Positions 39,922 through 50,238 of a DNA stretch of 64,000 nucleotides are shown piece after piece. A program made the translations under genes and the position numbers. The DNA is from Candidatus Hydrogenedens sp. (GTDB lineage Bacteria > Hydrogenedentota > Hydrogenedentia > Hydrogenedentales > Hydrogenedentaceae). Each line of letters begins with the position of its first letter. Positions within the stretch are counted from its first letter, which is position 1. The stretch spans positions 96,001 through 160,000 of the forward strand of contig JBMFRC010000004.1 of assembly GCA_049968235.1 (NCBI GenBank), given 5' to 3'. Below the pieces are notes generated by a model, which saw only the letters and a list, made by a program, of their open reading frames with translations, searched no databases and had not been told where the DNA came from.

Positions 39922-41253
39922 TTATTTTTTAATTTCAACGAGCCCGAAAGTCATTGATGCTTCTGCAACGACTTGATTTTCTACAGAAGCAATTACTCTT
40001 GCTTTGAACAAATCATTTCGGTAATACAACATCTCTGCTTCTACAACAAGTTGGTCTCCGGGAACGACTAAGCGTCTTAGTGAAGCATTCTCTATCCCAA
40101 TGAAATATGCTTGATAAAGTGGGGGTTCTCCATTTTCACGGAATATAAGGACAGAAGAAACCTGTGCCATGGCTTCAAGAATTAAAACACTGGGCATTAC
40201 AGGAACATCAGGCCAGTGTCCTTGAAAGAATGGCTCGTTTACAGTTACATTTTTGATACCCACTACTTTTTTCATAGATGTAAATTCTATAATTCTATCC
40301 ACCAGGAGAAATGGGTAGCGATGCGGTAATATTCTTAATATTTTGTTTACATCTAAAACAGGGATTTGTCGGTGAGCAGTGGGTCTCGGGTCATGAACCG
40401 CATAAATGCCATATCCGTTTAAATATACTTTTTTAATTTGTTTTGTAAACATGACATTTTTTTCATGTCCGGACTTGACACCGATAATATGTCCAATTAG
40501 AGGTCGCCCTAAAAGATAGGTATCTCCAAGCAAATCAAGAATTTTATGGCGAACGAACTCATCCGGGAAACGAAGTCCATCATTTAGAATTTCTTCATCA
40601 CCAATAACGACTGCACTTTCAAGACTACCTCCCATAATCAATCCCTGTTCTTTTAACATTTTTACTTCTTTCAGAAAACAAAAAGTTCGGGCGGGGGCGA
40701 TTTGAGACATAAAGGTTTCTTCGTTTACGGGGAAACTTGCATACTGGGTTCCGATGGCTACATGGTCGTATGCAATAGTCATTGTTACTCGTAATTCATC
40801 GGAAGGGAGAATATTTAAGGTAACTTCATCCTGTCTATAATAAACAGGTCTATCCACAAGCAGTGCCCTTTTTGGCTCTTCTTGTTCGGTAATTCCTGCT
40901 CTTAAAAGGCAATTCATTACAGGGAGGGCACTACCATCTCCATTGGGTATTTCTTCATTGTCGAGTTCTATATATAAATTATCAATACCTAAACCTGCCA
41001 TTGCTGCTAAGCCATGTTCAACGGTGCGGACTTTAGCACTACCAATACCTATTGTCGTTCCTCGTGAGACATCAACAACATGGTCAATATTAGCAGGGAT
41101 AGCGGGTTTACCAGCCATATCTGTTCGTATAAAAATGATACCTGTATCGGGTGGAGCAGGTTTGAATGTTACTGTGGTCAAACTTCCACTATGTAATCCT
41201 ACTCCTGAAAAAGATACTTCTTTGCTAATGGTTCTTTGGTTTTTCATACGCAA
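39922..41253 (-). CDS. lpxC-fabZ: bifunctional UDP-3-O-acyl-N-acetylglucosamine deacetylase / 3-hydroxyacyl-ACP dehydratase (LpxC-FabZ fusion)
   Basis: N-terminal LpxC block (FVRHKILDLLGDTYLLG...KSGHEKN, matching E. coli VRHKMLDAIGDL...KSGH); C-terminal FabZ block (LPHRYPFLLVDRI...GHWPDVPVMPSVLILEAMAQ). Confidence 0.85.
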   Translation of the reverse strand: MRMKNQRTISKEVSFSGVGLHSGSLTTVTFKPAPPDTGIIFIRTDMAGKPAIPANIDHVVDVSRGTTIGIGSAKVRTVEHGLAAMAGLGIDNLYIELDNEEIPNGDGSALPVMNCLLRAGITEQEEPKRALLVDRPVYYRQDEVTLNILPSDELRVTMTIAYDHVAIGTQYASFPVNEETFMSQIAPARTFCFLKEVKMLKEQGLIMGGSLESAVVIGDEEILNDGLRFPDEFVRHKILDLLGDTYLLGRPLIGHIIGVKSGHEKNVMFTKQIKKVYLNGYGIYAVHDPRPTAHRQIPVLDVNKILRILPHRYPFLLVDRIIEFTSMKKVVGIKNVTVNEPFFQGHWPDVPVMPSVLILEAMAQVSSVLIFRENGEPPLYQAYFIGIENASLRRLVVPGDQLVVEAEMLYYRNDLFKARVIASVENQVVAEASMTFGLVEIKK

Positions 41254-42305
41254 TCGTTCTCTATTTTTTGAATTTTTATTTCAAGGTCTTTAACTCTTTT
41301 AAGTAGTTCTGGTAAATATTGTTGGGCAACTAATATCCGTTTGGCTCGGGAATGCTCTACAGCAGGAAATCCTGAAAGAATAGCGTCTTTTTCTACGGAT
41401 TTTACTACTCCCGACCATGCGCCGATAGTTGCATTATCTTCGATTGTTATATGTCCGTTAATACCGGCACCTGCACCAATACGAACGCCATTGCCTATAA
41501 CTGCGCTTCCGGCTATGCCCGTAGTTGCAGCAATAGCACAATTATCACCAATTTTAACATTATGTCCTATCTGAACTAAATTATCAATTTTAGTTCCGGA
41601 ACCTATTTTTGTTTCGCCAAAGGTTGCTCTATCAATACAGGAATTACTTCCAATTTCTACATTATCACCAATAATTACCCGTCCCATTTGAGGAACTTTA
41701 ATCCATGCATTACCATCGAACACAAAACCAAATCCGTCCGTGCCGATACAAACTCCAGCATGTATAATACATTGAGAACCTATGGTAGTATTTTCGCGAA
41801 TGGTTACATTAGGGAAAATACATGTGTTCTCGCCTATCTGGCAATTATCGCCGATATAGACATTGGGAAAGATTATGGTGTTTTTCCTAATTTGTGAGTT
41901 TTTTCCAATAAATACATGAGGGCCTATTGCAATTCCTTCTTCTAATTGCACATTTTCTTCAAGAATAGCAGTAGGATGAAGTCCTCTGGGAATAGAAGGT
42001 TGAGAAAATCCAATTTTTTGGAGTATTTGAATAAAAGCAATTTCCGGGTTTTTTACGGCAATGCACACGATTTTTTCAGGTAGGGGAACTGTGGGTTCTT
42101 CTGCGATAAGAACAGCGGAAGCACGTGTCTGGGAAAGGAAAGTTTCATATCTTTTATCACGAATAAATATTAAATCTCCTTCGCGTGCATTCTCTATACT
42201 ATTCAAACCTGTTATTAAAGTATCTTCCTCCCCCCTGATAATTTTGCCGTCTACCCATTGTGCTATTTGTATTGCTTTTATTTGCATTTGTTTTCGAGTA
42301 TTCAA
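41244..42305 (-). CDS. lpxD: UDP-3-O-(3-hydroxyacyl)glucosamine N-acyltransferase
   Basis: 353 aa; N-terminal LpxD domain followed by extensive hexapeptide repeats (IGDNCQIGENTCIFPNVTIRENTTIGSQCIIHAGVCIG...); conserved position between skp and fabZ. Confidence 0.8.
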   Translation of the reverse strand: MNTRKQMQIKAIQIAQWVDGKIIRGEEDTLITGLNSIENAREGDLIFIRDKRYETFLSQTRASAVLIAEEPTVPLPEKIVCIAVKNPEIAFIQILQKIGFSQPSIPRGLHPTAILEENVQLEEGIAIGPHVFIGKNSQIRKNTIIFPNVYIGDNCQIGENTCIFPNVTIRENTTIGSQCIIHAGVCIGTDGFGFVFDGNAWIKVPQMGRVIIGDNVEIGSNSCIDRATFGETKIGSGTKIDNLVQIGHNVKIGDNCAIAATTGIAGSAVIGNGVRIGAGAGINGHITIEDNATIGAWSGVVKSVEKDAILSGFPAVEHSRAKRILVAQQYLPELLKRVKDLEIKIQKIENDCV

Positions 42306-42337
42306 ATATGATTATAGTATTGGCAATTCTACCGCAG

Positions 42338-42931
42338 TTATTTTTTGGGTTTGGATGTATCCGTTGCGGAAGAATTAGAATTTAAATATGTTAAAACTTT
42401 AGAAGTAATATCCATAGTTGGACTATGAAATAGCAAGCTACTTTTTAGAGATTTACCCGCATTAAAAACAAGGTGATAATTATCAGAAGTTGCTATTATA
42501 TTTACTGCATTCTGAATATCGTCCAGACATTCACGAATAATTCTTTCTTCTTTACTATCAATTGTCTTTTGTCGTTTCTCAAGTTCAGCCCGATATGATG
42601 CTGCTTCTTGTTCTATCTTCATTTTCAAATCAAGTTTTTCTTCATCGCTCAGGGTTGCTTTACCGGATTCAAGTTTTTTACGGTCTTCTTCAATGCGGTT
42701 CATTAAACTATCTAGGTCTTTTTGCTGAGTGTCTACTTCTTTCTGGAGTTCTTCGTATTTTTGTTTTCTTTTATTATATTCCCTCATAATAAGTTCAACA
42801 TCGACAACAGCGATTCTGTAAGATGTTCCTGTACCTGTAGTTTTAGCAGGTTCTTGTGCTGTTACATACCTTAAAGGAATTAAAATACAACTTAAAGCGA
42901 ATAACGAAATGAAAAAATATCTCCCTTTCAC
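42338..42931 (-). CDS. skp: OmpH/Skp-like periplasmic chaperone
   Basis: 197 aa, signal peptide, highly charged coiled-coil (QKYEELQKEVDTQQKDLDSLMNRIEEDRKKLES); canonical position after bamA. Confidence 0.7.
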   Translation of the reverse strand: MKGRYFFISLFALSCILIPLRYVTAQEPAKTTGTGTSYRIAVVDVELIMREYNKRKQKYEELQKEVDTQQKDLDSLMNRIEEDRKKLESGKATLSDEEKLDLKMKIEQEAASYRAELEKRQKTIDSKEERIIRECLDDIQNAVNIIATSDNYHLVFNAGKSLKSSLLFHSPTMDITSKVLTYLNSNSSATDTSKPKK

Positions 42932-43055
42932 AACTTTTCCTTTCTTTTATAGGGTTAATTAACAATTCAGTATAATAAACGAAAGTATATCACATTTTTA
43001 TTTTAAATTTCATTATTTCATGATAGAGAAAATGATTTTAAACTATACTTATGAA

Positions 43056-45371
43056 TTAAAATTGTAAACCTGTGGTCAGATGTAACTTACCATTTCCCTG
43101 GTCTTCATCTGGGTTAAGCGGTATGCCGTAATCTATACGAATAGGTCCAAATTTTGGAATTTCGGCGCCCAATCCAAGTCCGGCACTATACTTTAGGTCG
43201 GATAAATCAAAGTCATTTTCATCCTTCCATACACCACCCATATCAACAAAGGAGTAAATACGGATCATATTTGTTAATTTATATTTTAATTCTAAATTAT
43301 TGACCAGACGGAGATTCCCTCCTTCAGCAATCCAGTCTCCAAACCAGCCATATTCACGAATCTTAGGACCGATATCACGGTAATCGTATCCACGGACTGT
43401 AGTAGTTCCACCTGCATAAAATCTGTAAATCAATGGGATATAATCGGAATCGCCATATTCAGTCATCCAGCCTTCACGGGTTCTTAACATTAAGACCCAT
43501 TTTTGATTTTTGTCTAATGCCTTAAACCATGATAGGTCTAATTGCAACTTAACAAAATTATTGTCGCCTCCGAGTCCTGCAAGCTCAGAACTCAAGATGG
43601 CATTGATACCCCGGGATGGGTCTCTGGGACGGTCCAAAGTATTTCTTTCAAGACTCAATATAGTGCTAACTGTGGTTGAATTTTCGGTTTGTCTACGAAT
43701 TTCTCTATTAATGAACCATGGCAAATCACTAACATCTACATCTTCTACACGGAATGATAAACGGGCGGTGTTATATAATGAAAGAGCTTTTCCAAATCGT
43801 ATTTGTCCACCTGCCTGATTTTCCCGATAATCCGCACCACCCCTTACCCAATAGGATTCGTTATAGAGGTCAACACCTAAAGATATAGGGTAACCTAAAA
43901 TTTCAGGGTCTGTAAAACTTACATTATAGCGGTCTCTTCTATCCCCAAGGTGAACGCGAGCTGAAAATTGCTGTCCACCACCAGAAAAATGGGGCCAGTT
44001 GGTAATGTCAAAGTTTCTCAAACGAAGTTGTGCAAATCCACCAACACCTTCATCTGTGCTATAGCCTGCCCCAAATAAAAATGAATTGGTTTTTCCTTCT
44101 TCAACATCGACAAGCAAATTGGAATATCTTGTGTCAATCTCATCATCTGTAAGTGTGATACGAACTTTATCAAAATAGTCTGTATTTTCAAGCCTTAACC
44201 GACTGGATTCTATAGAGGAGCCATCATACCTTTCACCGGGCTTTATTAACATTTGTCGGCGAATGACATCATCTTGAGTAACATCGTTACCGGTAATATC
44301 TATTTGTTTAATATATTTTAATTCGCCTTCTGATATATTATATACGATATTTGTTGTTTTATTTTGTTCATCTTTTGATACCTGTGGTGTAACTGTTGCA
44401 TCGACGTAGCCACTATCGCGATATTTGATTTCTAATTTTTGGGCATCTTTAGCAACCTGCCCTTTATTATGAATATCTTCAGGTTTTACTTTTATTTCTT
44501 TCTCGAATTCGTCATTGTCGTATACAGTATTATTTGCATACTGAATGGAATTAACTTTGTACTGTTCTCCTTCTTCTACAAATAATTTAATTTTTAATTT
44601 TTTACCTCCATCTGTGTAGAGGACATCTGTATGTGTTACCTTTGCATCTAAATATCCGTTATCTCCATATTTATTTATGACATTTTCCAAATCATTTTCG
44701 AATTTTGTTTCATCATATTTTCCACCTAAAAACCACCAAGCAGGTTTTGTCTTCATTGCCTTTTTAATTTGTCGGTCTGATAAAGCGATGTTTCCTTCGA
44801 TTTCAATTTCTTTAATACGTGCTTTTTTACCTTCATCAATGGAGTATATAATCCGAACAAGTCCGGGTTCTATTTTTTCCGTTATGACATCAACTTTCGT
44901 ATTTGCATAACCTTTGCCCTGATACATATTAATAATAGATTTTCTGTCTTCTTCACATAATTCTGGAATAAAGGAAGCACCTCTTTTCTGTTTTAAGGTA
45001 GGTTCTATGACACGTGGTTTTATCTTCTTGCAACCTATTATTTTTACATCTGCAATTCTTCGTTCTTCTTCAACAATGAATACAACCTTCACTCCATTTC
45101 CTTCTGGAGTAACTTCTGCATCGACTTTTACAAAATAACCCAGACCGTAAATTCTTTTTAAATCTCTTGCGATAGAACGAGGATTTAAGTTTTGTCCCGT
45201 TTTTGTTTCTACTTTACCCAAAACTACCTGTTCATTTATTTTTTCTAATCCTTTTACCTGAACAGCAGTTATTTCCTTTCCGGCGTATTCTTCTAATTGA
45301 GCCATGAGATTACTGCAAAACAGAAAAATAGCGAAAAAATAACCTACATACATGTATCTTGTGTTCAACAT
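43056..45371 (-). CDS. bamA: outer membrane protein assembly factor BamA
   Basis: 771 aa; signal peptide; POTRA-like repeats followed by C-terminal beta-barrel ending ...KLHLTTGLQF (aromatic C-terminal residue). Confidence 0.8.
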   Translation of the reverse strand: MLNTRYMYVGYFFAIFLFCSNLMAQLEEYAGKEITAVQVKGLEKINEQVVLGKVETKTGQNLNPRSIARDLKRIYGLGYFVKVDAEVTPEGNGVKVVFIVEEERRIADVKIIGCKKIKPRVIEPTLKQKRGASFIPELCEEDRKSIINMYQGKGYANTKVDVITEKIEPGLVRIIYSIDEGKKARIKEIEIEGNIALSDRQIKKAMKTKPAWWFLGGKYDETKFENDLENVINKYGDNGYLDAKVTHTDVLYTDGGKKLKIKLFVEEGEQYKVNSIQYANNTVYDNDEFEKEIKVKPEDIHNKGQVAKDAQKLEIKYRDSGYVDATVTPQVSKDEQNKTTNIVYNISEGELKYIKQIDITGNDVTQDDVIRRQMLIKPGERYDGSSIESSRLRLENTDYFDKVRITLTDDEIDTRYSNLLVDVEEGKTNSFLFGAGYSTDEGVGGFAQLRLRNFDITNWPHFSGGGQQFSARVHLGDRRDRYNVSFTDPEILGYPISLGVDLYNESYWVRGGADYRENQAGGQIRFGKALSLYNTARLSFRVEDVDVSDLPWFINREIRRQTENSTTVSTILSLERNTLDRPRDPSRGINAILSSELAGLGGDNNFVKLQLDLSWFKALDKNQKWVLMLRTREGWMTEYGDSDYIPLIYRFYAGGTTTVRGYDYRDIGPKIREYGWFGDWIAEGGNLRLVNNLELKYKLTNMIRIYSFVDMGGVWKDENDFDLSDLKYSAGLGLGAEIPKFGPIRIDYGIPLNPDEDQGNGKLHLTTGLQF

Positions 45372-45430
45372 TTAACAAATCCCTTTATTGGTTTTTTAAG
45401 TTATTTCAAAACTTTGCCTACAGTAAAGCC

Positions 45431-47932
45431 CTAATTTGTTATTAATTTTACTGTATTATTATCGTTTTTTTGTAACTGATTTTCAAATTCATTTTCTATC
45501 TGAGTAAATTCCAATTTTTTGTTATCCTCGGAAAATGTAATTAGTATAGTATTTCCTTCTTTAATATCACCAATAAGTAATTTTTCTGCAAGGGGGTCTT
45601 CGATATTTTGTTGAATAGCCCGTCTTAAGGGTCGAGCTCCATATTCTTCACTACTACCAATTTGCACAAGGAATTTTTTTGCTTCAGGTGTAATTTCTAA
45701 TTTTACCTGTTTCTCCGTTAATTTTTTAGCAACTTCGGCAATCTGTATATCTATAATTTTTTCTAATTCTTCCTGAGTAAGCCGATGAAACACTAAAATC
45801 TCATCCAATCTATTTAGAAATTCGGGATTAAAAGTTTTTCGTACTTCTTCCATTACGCGGTCGCGCATTTTTTCGTATTCTTCTTCAATGGTATCTTTTT
45901 GAAATCCTAACGAAGTGGATTTTCCGATTTTACGGGCTCCAATGTTGGAAGTTAATACTATAACTGTGTTTTTGAAATCTATTTTTCTTCCACTCCCATC
46001 TGTCATTTGTCCTTCTTCAAGGATTTGAAGTAATGTGTTAAATATATCTGGATGTGCCTTTTCTATTTCGTCGAACAGAACAACTGAATAAGGTCTTCTT
46101 CGCACCTGCTCTGTAAGTTGTCCTCCTTCATCATAACCAATATATCCTGGAGGTGCACCCATTAAACGGGATACAGTAAATTTTTCCATATATTCGGACA
46201 TATCCAGTGTAATTAATGCTCGCTCATCTCCGAATAAAAATTCTGCCAATTTTTTTGCAAGTAATGTTTTACCTACACCGGTAGGACCTAAGAAAAGAAA
46301 AGACCCTACAGGGCGATTACTATGGCGTATGCCGGCTCTTGACCTTTGTATGGCTCGGGTAATAGCATCGATAGCCATATCCTGTCCGACGATAGATTTA
46401 TGTAATTCATCACGCATACGAAGTAATCGTTCGGATTCTGTTTCTCCAATTTTGGTCAGGGGAACACCTGTCCATTTGGATACGACATAAGCAATATCTT
46501 CCGAAGTTACAATTGCTTGAGAAGAATCCCTTTGTGATTCCCATTCTTTTTTCTTTTCCTGATACTGGGACTGAAGTCGGCGTTCTTTGTCTCTCAATGA
46601 CGCTGCTTTTTCAAATTCCTGATGCTTTATTGCTATTTCTTTTTCTTGTGTTACTTTTTCTATTTCTATTTCTAACTCTTTTAATTCTTTAGGACGTGTA
46701 GTAATCTGCAATCGCACTCGACTTCCGGCTTCATCCAACACATCTATTGCTTTATCCGGTAAATAACGGTCTGTAATATATTGGTCGGAAAGTTTCACGG
46801 CAGAGATAATGGCATCATCTGTATATTTAACTTTATGATGGGCTTCATATTTATCCCGGAGTCCTTCGAGAATTTTTATTGTTCCTTCTGGAGAAGGCGC
46901 TTCAACAAAAATAGTTTGAAAGCGTCTGGCTAATGCTGCATCTTTTTCAATATATTTTCGATATTCATCCGCAGTAGTTGCACCAATGCATTGAAGTTCT
47001 CCTCGTGCGAGTGCGGGTTTTAACATATTTGCTGCGTCCACAGCCCCTTCTGCGGCACCTGCACCGACAATGGTATGTATTTCATCAATAAAAAGAATGA
47101 TATTATCTTCACGTTGAATTTCTTTCATTACACTCTTTAGTCGCTCTTCAAACTGGCCTCGATATTTTGTCCCTGCAATAACAGACCCTAAATCCAATGT
47201 CAATACTCTTTTATTAAGAAGTAAATCGGGGACATTTCCATTAACAATAGATTGAGCAAGTCCTTCCACAATTGCAGTTTTACCTACGCCGGCTTCTCCA
47301 ATTAAAACAGGATTATTTTTTGTTCTTCTGCTCAATATTTGTATAACCCTCTCTATTTCAGTTTCTCTGCCAATTACAGGGTCTAATTTCCCTTCTCTTG
47401 CTAAGAAAGTTAGGTCTCTGCCGAATGTGTCAAGTGCCGGTGTTGTAGATTTTCTCCGTTCGTGCATTTCACCTTTAGAACTGGGTTTTCCATGTTCCCC
47501 AAGTAGTTTCATGATTTCTGTTTGTGCTCGATTTAAATCGACACCAAACTCGGCTAACAATTTAGCGGCGACACTTTCTCCTTCTTTGATTAGCCCTAAA
47601 AGTATATGTTCTGTCCCGATATAGCTATGATTAAAGCGATGTGCTTCTTCTGCTGCCATTTCCAATACTTTTTTGGCACGGGGAGTATATGTTATTTCTT
47701 CGGAGGTAAGTAAGGCAGGTCCCTGCGGACTCCGGTGTTCTATTTCTTGTATTAATTGTTCTAAATCTATCCCCATACTCAGTAATGCTTTTGCTGCAAT
47801 TCCTTCAACTTCGAGACAAAGAGCAAAGAGGATATGTTCGGTTCGTACATATTCACTGCCTCTTTTCACGGCTTCAGTTCGAGCAACTGATATTACATGT
47901 CGGGCTCTCTCTGTAAAGCGTTCCCACAACAT
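45431..47932 (-). CDS. clpC: ATP-dependent Clp protease ATP-binding subunit ClpC (ClpA/B family with mid UVR motif)
   Basis: Two Clp_N repeats; NBD1 Walker A GEAGVGKT; internal UVR-like [16 protein letters not shown] between NBDs; NBD2 Walker A GPTGVGKT. Confidence 0.85.
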   Translation of the reverse strand: MLWERFTERARHVISVARTEAVKRGSEYVRTEHILFALCLEVEGIAAKALLSMGIDLEQLIQEIEHRSPQGPALLTSEEITYTPRAKKVLEMAAEEAHRFNHSYIGTEHILLGLIKEGESVAAKLLAEFGVDLNRAQTEIMKLLGEHGKPSSKGEMHERRKSTTPALDTFGRDLTFLAREGKLDPVIGRETEIERVIQILSRRTKNNPVLIGEAGVGKTAIVEGLAQSIVNGNVPDLLLNKRVLTLDLGSVIAGTKYRGQFEERLKSVMKEIQREDNIILFIDEIHTIVGAGAAEGAVDAANMLKPALARGELQCIGATTADEYRKYIEKDAALARRFQTIFVEAPSPEGTIKILEGLRDKYEAHHKVKYTDDAIISAVKLSDQYITDRYLPDKAIDVLDEAGSRVRLQITTRPKELKELEIEIEKVTQEKEIAIKHQEFEKAASLRDKERRLQSQYQEKKKEWESQRDSSQAIVTSEDIAYVVSKWTGVPLTKIGETESERLLRMRDELHKSIVGQDMAIDAITRAIQRSRAGIRHSNRPVGSFLFLGPTGVGKTLLAKKLAEFLFGDERALITLDMSEYMEKFTVSRLMGAPPGYIGYDEGGQLTEQVRRRPYSVVLFDEIEKAHPDIFNTLLQILEEGQMTDGSGRKIDFKNTVIVLTSNIGARKIGKSTSLGFQKDTIEEEYEKMRDRVMEEVRKTFNPEFLNRLDEILVFHRLTQEELEKIIDIQIAEVAKKLTEKQVKLEITPEAKKFLVQIGSSEEYGARPLRRAIQQNIEDPLAEKLLIGDIKEGNTILITFSEDNKKLEFTQIENEFENQLQKNDNNTVKLITN

Positions 47933-47969
47933 TTATTTTCTCCCTAAAAATGTATTCTTTTATGAATAA

Positions 47970-49112
47970 TCAATTGTTGAATATTTCTTTAAATTTATTA
48001 GCACGCATCAAACTCATTTTTACCGTATTATTCCCATTAGAAGTTAGATTTACAAGAATGTGCCCTCCTTGAAGTTCAAATAACAGGTGCAAAGGTAATA
48101 AGGGAATTGATGCTGATGTTAAATTTAAGGAAAACCCTAATTGAAGAGCAGACCATAATTCTATAGCTTCCGCAAACTCTAAAAATCGTGACCCTTTTGC
48201 AACTCCTTCTGCTCTACCCACCATATCTTCTAATGTTAGTTTACTGGAAGTAAGTAGTTTTTGTCGTGCATCCATTTCCGCTTTTGTTATTTCACTGGCC
48301 ATGTGAGATAAGGAGAAAACAATTTCTGCCTCTGAAAAACCTAATGTATATCTATTCCCAATAACGAACAAGCTACCTACTGTTTCAATTAAGCCTACTG
48401 TTACAGGGGATGATAAGGAACTATGAAGCCCCTGTTCGATTATATGTTTGGGTATTGCCAGAGGTCGTGCATCGGCGGGGGGACCTGTTTTTACACCTTT
48501 GAGATAAAAACCTAAAGATTTTAATTTTTCTTCCCAGAGTAAGATACTTCCTGTTCTTGCTAAACCGGGAAGGTGAAGTATGGTAAATAATTTTAACCCT
48601 GTTCCAATAAAGTTTAAATCTGAAGTTAAAAAACCTAATCTTGGGTCGGTCATATAATCTACAGAAATACTCATACGGTCATCTATCTGGTTCAGGAGTT
48701 CCCATACTTTCTCTACTTGAAGTCCGGCGAATACTGTGCGGTAAGCAATATGTTCTCCTGCATTTACCATTACTGAGAATCGCTGGTCTTTACTAATAAA
48801 TGCACCTCTATGTCCAATTCCGGAAAGTAAGTCGTAAGCCACAAGAAACCGTTCTGACAGGAACAGATTTTCTCGTGGTGAAGTCCCGGCAAAACTAATG
48901 TAATCATCTATTGAAATTCCATCTAATCGGAGAGTATTTTCTTTTACTAAATCCTCGAGCCGTTGTTTCTCTTCTTCGCTCATTCTCATAGGGAAAAAGA
49001 AGCCGGCAACATTACGGCACAGCGTCCCTATAGTTAAAATCGACACGGGTGCACCGGAGATTTCTTCTTTCCACCAAACAGGTTTATTTTCGACCCATGT
49101 TTTCATCATCAT
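47970..49112 (-). CDS. mcsB: protein arginine kinase McsB (ATP:guanido phosphotransferase family)
   Basis: Block GFLTSDLNFIGTGLKLFTILHLPGL matches the B. subtilis McsB block [25 protein letters not shown]; located between mcsA and clpC. Confidence 0.75.
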   Translation of the reverse strand: MMMKTWVENKPVWWKEEISGAPVSILTIGTLCRNVAGFFFPMRMSEEEKQRLEDLVKENTLRLDGISIDDYISFAGTSPRENLFLSERFLVAYDLLSGIGHRGAFISKDQRFSVMVNAGEHIAYRTVFAGLQVEKVWELLNQIDDRMSISVDYMTDPRLGFLTSDLNFIGTGLKLFTILHLPGLARTGSILLWEEKLKSLGFYLKGVKTGPPADARPLAIPKHIIEQGLHSSLSSPVTVGLIETVGSLFVIGNRYTLGFSEAEIVFSLSHMASEITKAEMDARQKLLTSSKLTLEDMVGRAEGVAKGSRFLEFAEAIELWSALQLGFSLNLTSASIPLLPLHLLFELQGGHILVNLTSNGNNTVKMSLMRANKFKEIFNN

Positions 49113-49115
49113 AAA

Positions 49116-49643
49116 TTAATTTTTACCTATTTTCCATGAAGATAGCATTTTTTCTAAATCTAAAATTTCATCACGTAATTTGGCTGCGGATTCATAGTCT
49201 TCTGATTTAATAGCCTGTCGTATCAATGCTTTTTTAGTATCCAGTAGAATTTGTGTCCGAACCCGTTCCTCATCATTGGCATAATTTAGTTTTTTGCCGA
49301 TATGGGAACTTCCTCCTTGAATAACCTCAAGAATAGATTCTATTTCAGGACCAAAAGTTTTGTAGCAAGTGAAACATCCTACTTTATTTTTTTCATGAAT
49401 ATAATTAATTTGCGTTCCACAAACAGAACATACAGTTTTTGTTTTTGATTTTTTTATAGTCACTTCTGTTTCCTCAAGTCGGTCTTTAACCTGTGGTTCC
49501 ACGAAATTAAAACTAAAGCCCTTCGGATTTTTCTGAATTTCGACAAGGCAATCGGGGCATAAATGTATTTCTGTTACATGCCCATCAATCACTTCCGCAT
49601 ATCGAACTGATGCAAGTTTTTTATGGCATTTTTGACAAAGCAT
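49116..49643 (-). CDS. mcsA: McsA-like protein (UvrB/UvrC-motif protein with two pairs of CxxC zinc knuckles)
   Basis: CQKC...CPDC and CSVC...CFTC pairs; C-terminal UVR motif YESAAKLRDEILDLEKM; 4-nt gap to mcsB. Confidence 0.7.
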   Translation of the reverse strand: MLCQKCHKKLASVRYAEVIDGHVTEIHLCPDCLVEIQKNPKGFSFNFVEPQVKDRLEETEVTIKKSKTKTVCSVCGTQINYIHEKNKVGCFTCYKTFGPEIESILEVIQGGSSHIGKKLNYANDEERVRTQILLDTKKALIRQAIKSEDYESAAKLRDEILDLEKMLSSWKIGKN

Positions 49644-49847
49644 TTTGTGTTCCTTTAACTTTTACCTATAATTATAACATTATAAGTATATTCCCTTCAC
49701 ATTTGTATGTTTAGAATTGAGATTTACAATTTGAGGAAGAGAATTGAAATTATCTACAATAAATCTAATTCTAATTTTTATTCTGTAATTGAAAGTGTTT
49801 ACCCGGTGAACGAGAAGAGAAAACAATACAAATTTACAATAAGGAAA

Positions 49848-50141
49848 GTGGCTATACATAATCAAAAACTAATAAAGATTGTTTGTATAGCACTTGCTTT
49901 GTATCTGTTGATTGCAGTTCTTCATGGATTGCTACCTGGCATCTGGGATAAATCTTTTGGTGGTAAAGAGGGAAAAGGACCTTTCCGAATTTTAATGTTT
50001 ACCCCTCTTCTTGTTTTATTGTTATTTTTTACCCTGATGAAGTATCCGTCAGAAAAAAATATCTTCCCAAAACCTAAAAACAGTTATATAAAGGTTATAC
50101 TCCAGCCTAATTCTCATCGGGGACCTCCTTCTTTTATGTAA
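49848..50141 (+). CDS. possible small 2-TM membrane protein (GTG start)
   Basis: AAGGAAAG RBS 0-1 nt before GTG at 49848; encodes ~97 aa with two hydrophobic helices (LIKIVCIALALYLLIAVLHGLL / ILMFTPLLVLLLFFTLM); the ORF track lists a longer in-frame ATG version starting at 49707. Confidence 0.3.
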   Translation: MAIHNQKLIKIVCIALALYLLIAVLHGLLPGIWDKSFGGKEGKGPFRILMFTPLLVLLLFFTLMKYPSEKNIFPKPKNSYIKVILQPNSHRGPPSFM

Positions 50142-50238
50142 GAGATTTTGTATCACATCTATTTTCTTTTCTTTTATTATTTTTTATTATCATTGATTAT
50201 TTTTATAAGTTTAAAATTGTTTAATTATAAGGAGTAAT

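Noticed and set aside
43510-43818. 102-aa plus-strand ORF inside bamA
   Set aside because: Antisense shadow ORF within a well-supported essential gene.
49621-49800. Looked for CtsR boxes (GGTCAAA direct repeats) or a CIRCE element upstream of mcsA
   Set aside because: Neither motif is present. The only TTTGAC-like sequence lies inside the mcsA start codon region, where it encodes MLCQK.
49707-50141. 144-aa ORF from the ORF track with ATG start
   Set aside because: Its N-terminal 47 codons would overlap the mcsA upstream/promoter region and lack an RBS. A shorter GTG-initiated version with a good RBS (49848) is more plausible and is reported at low confidence instead.
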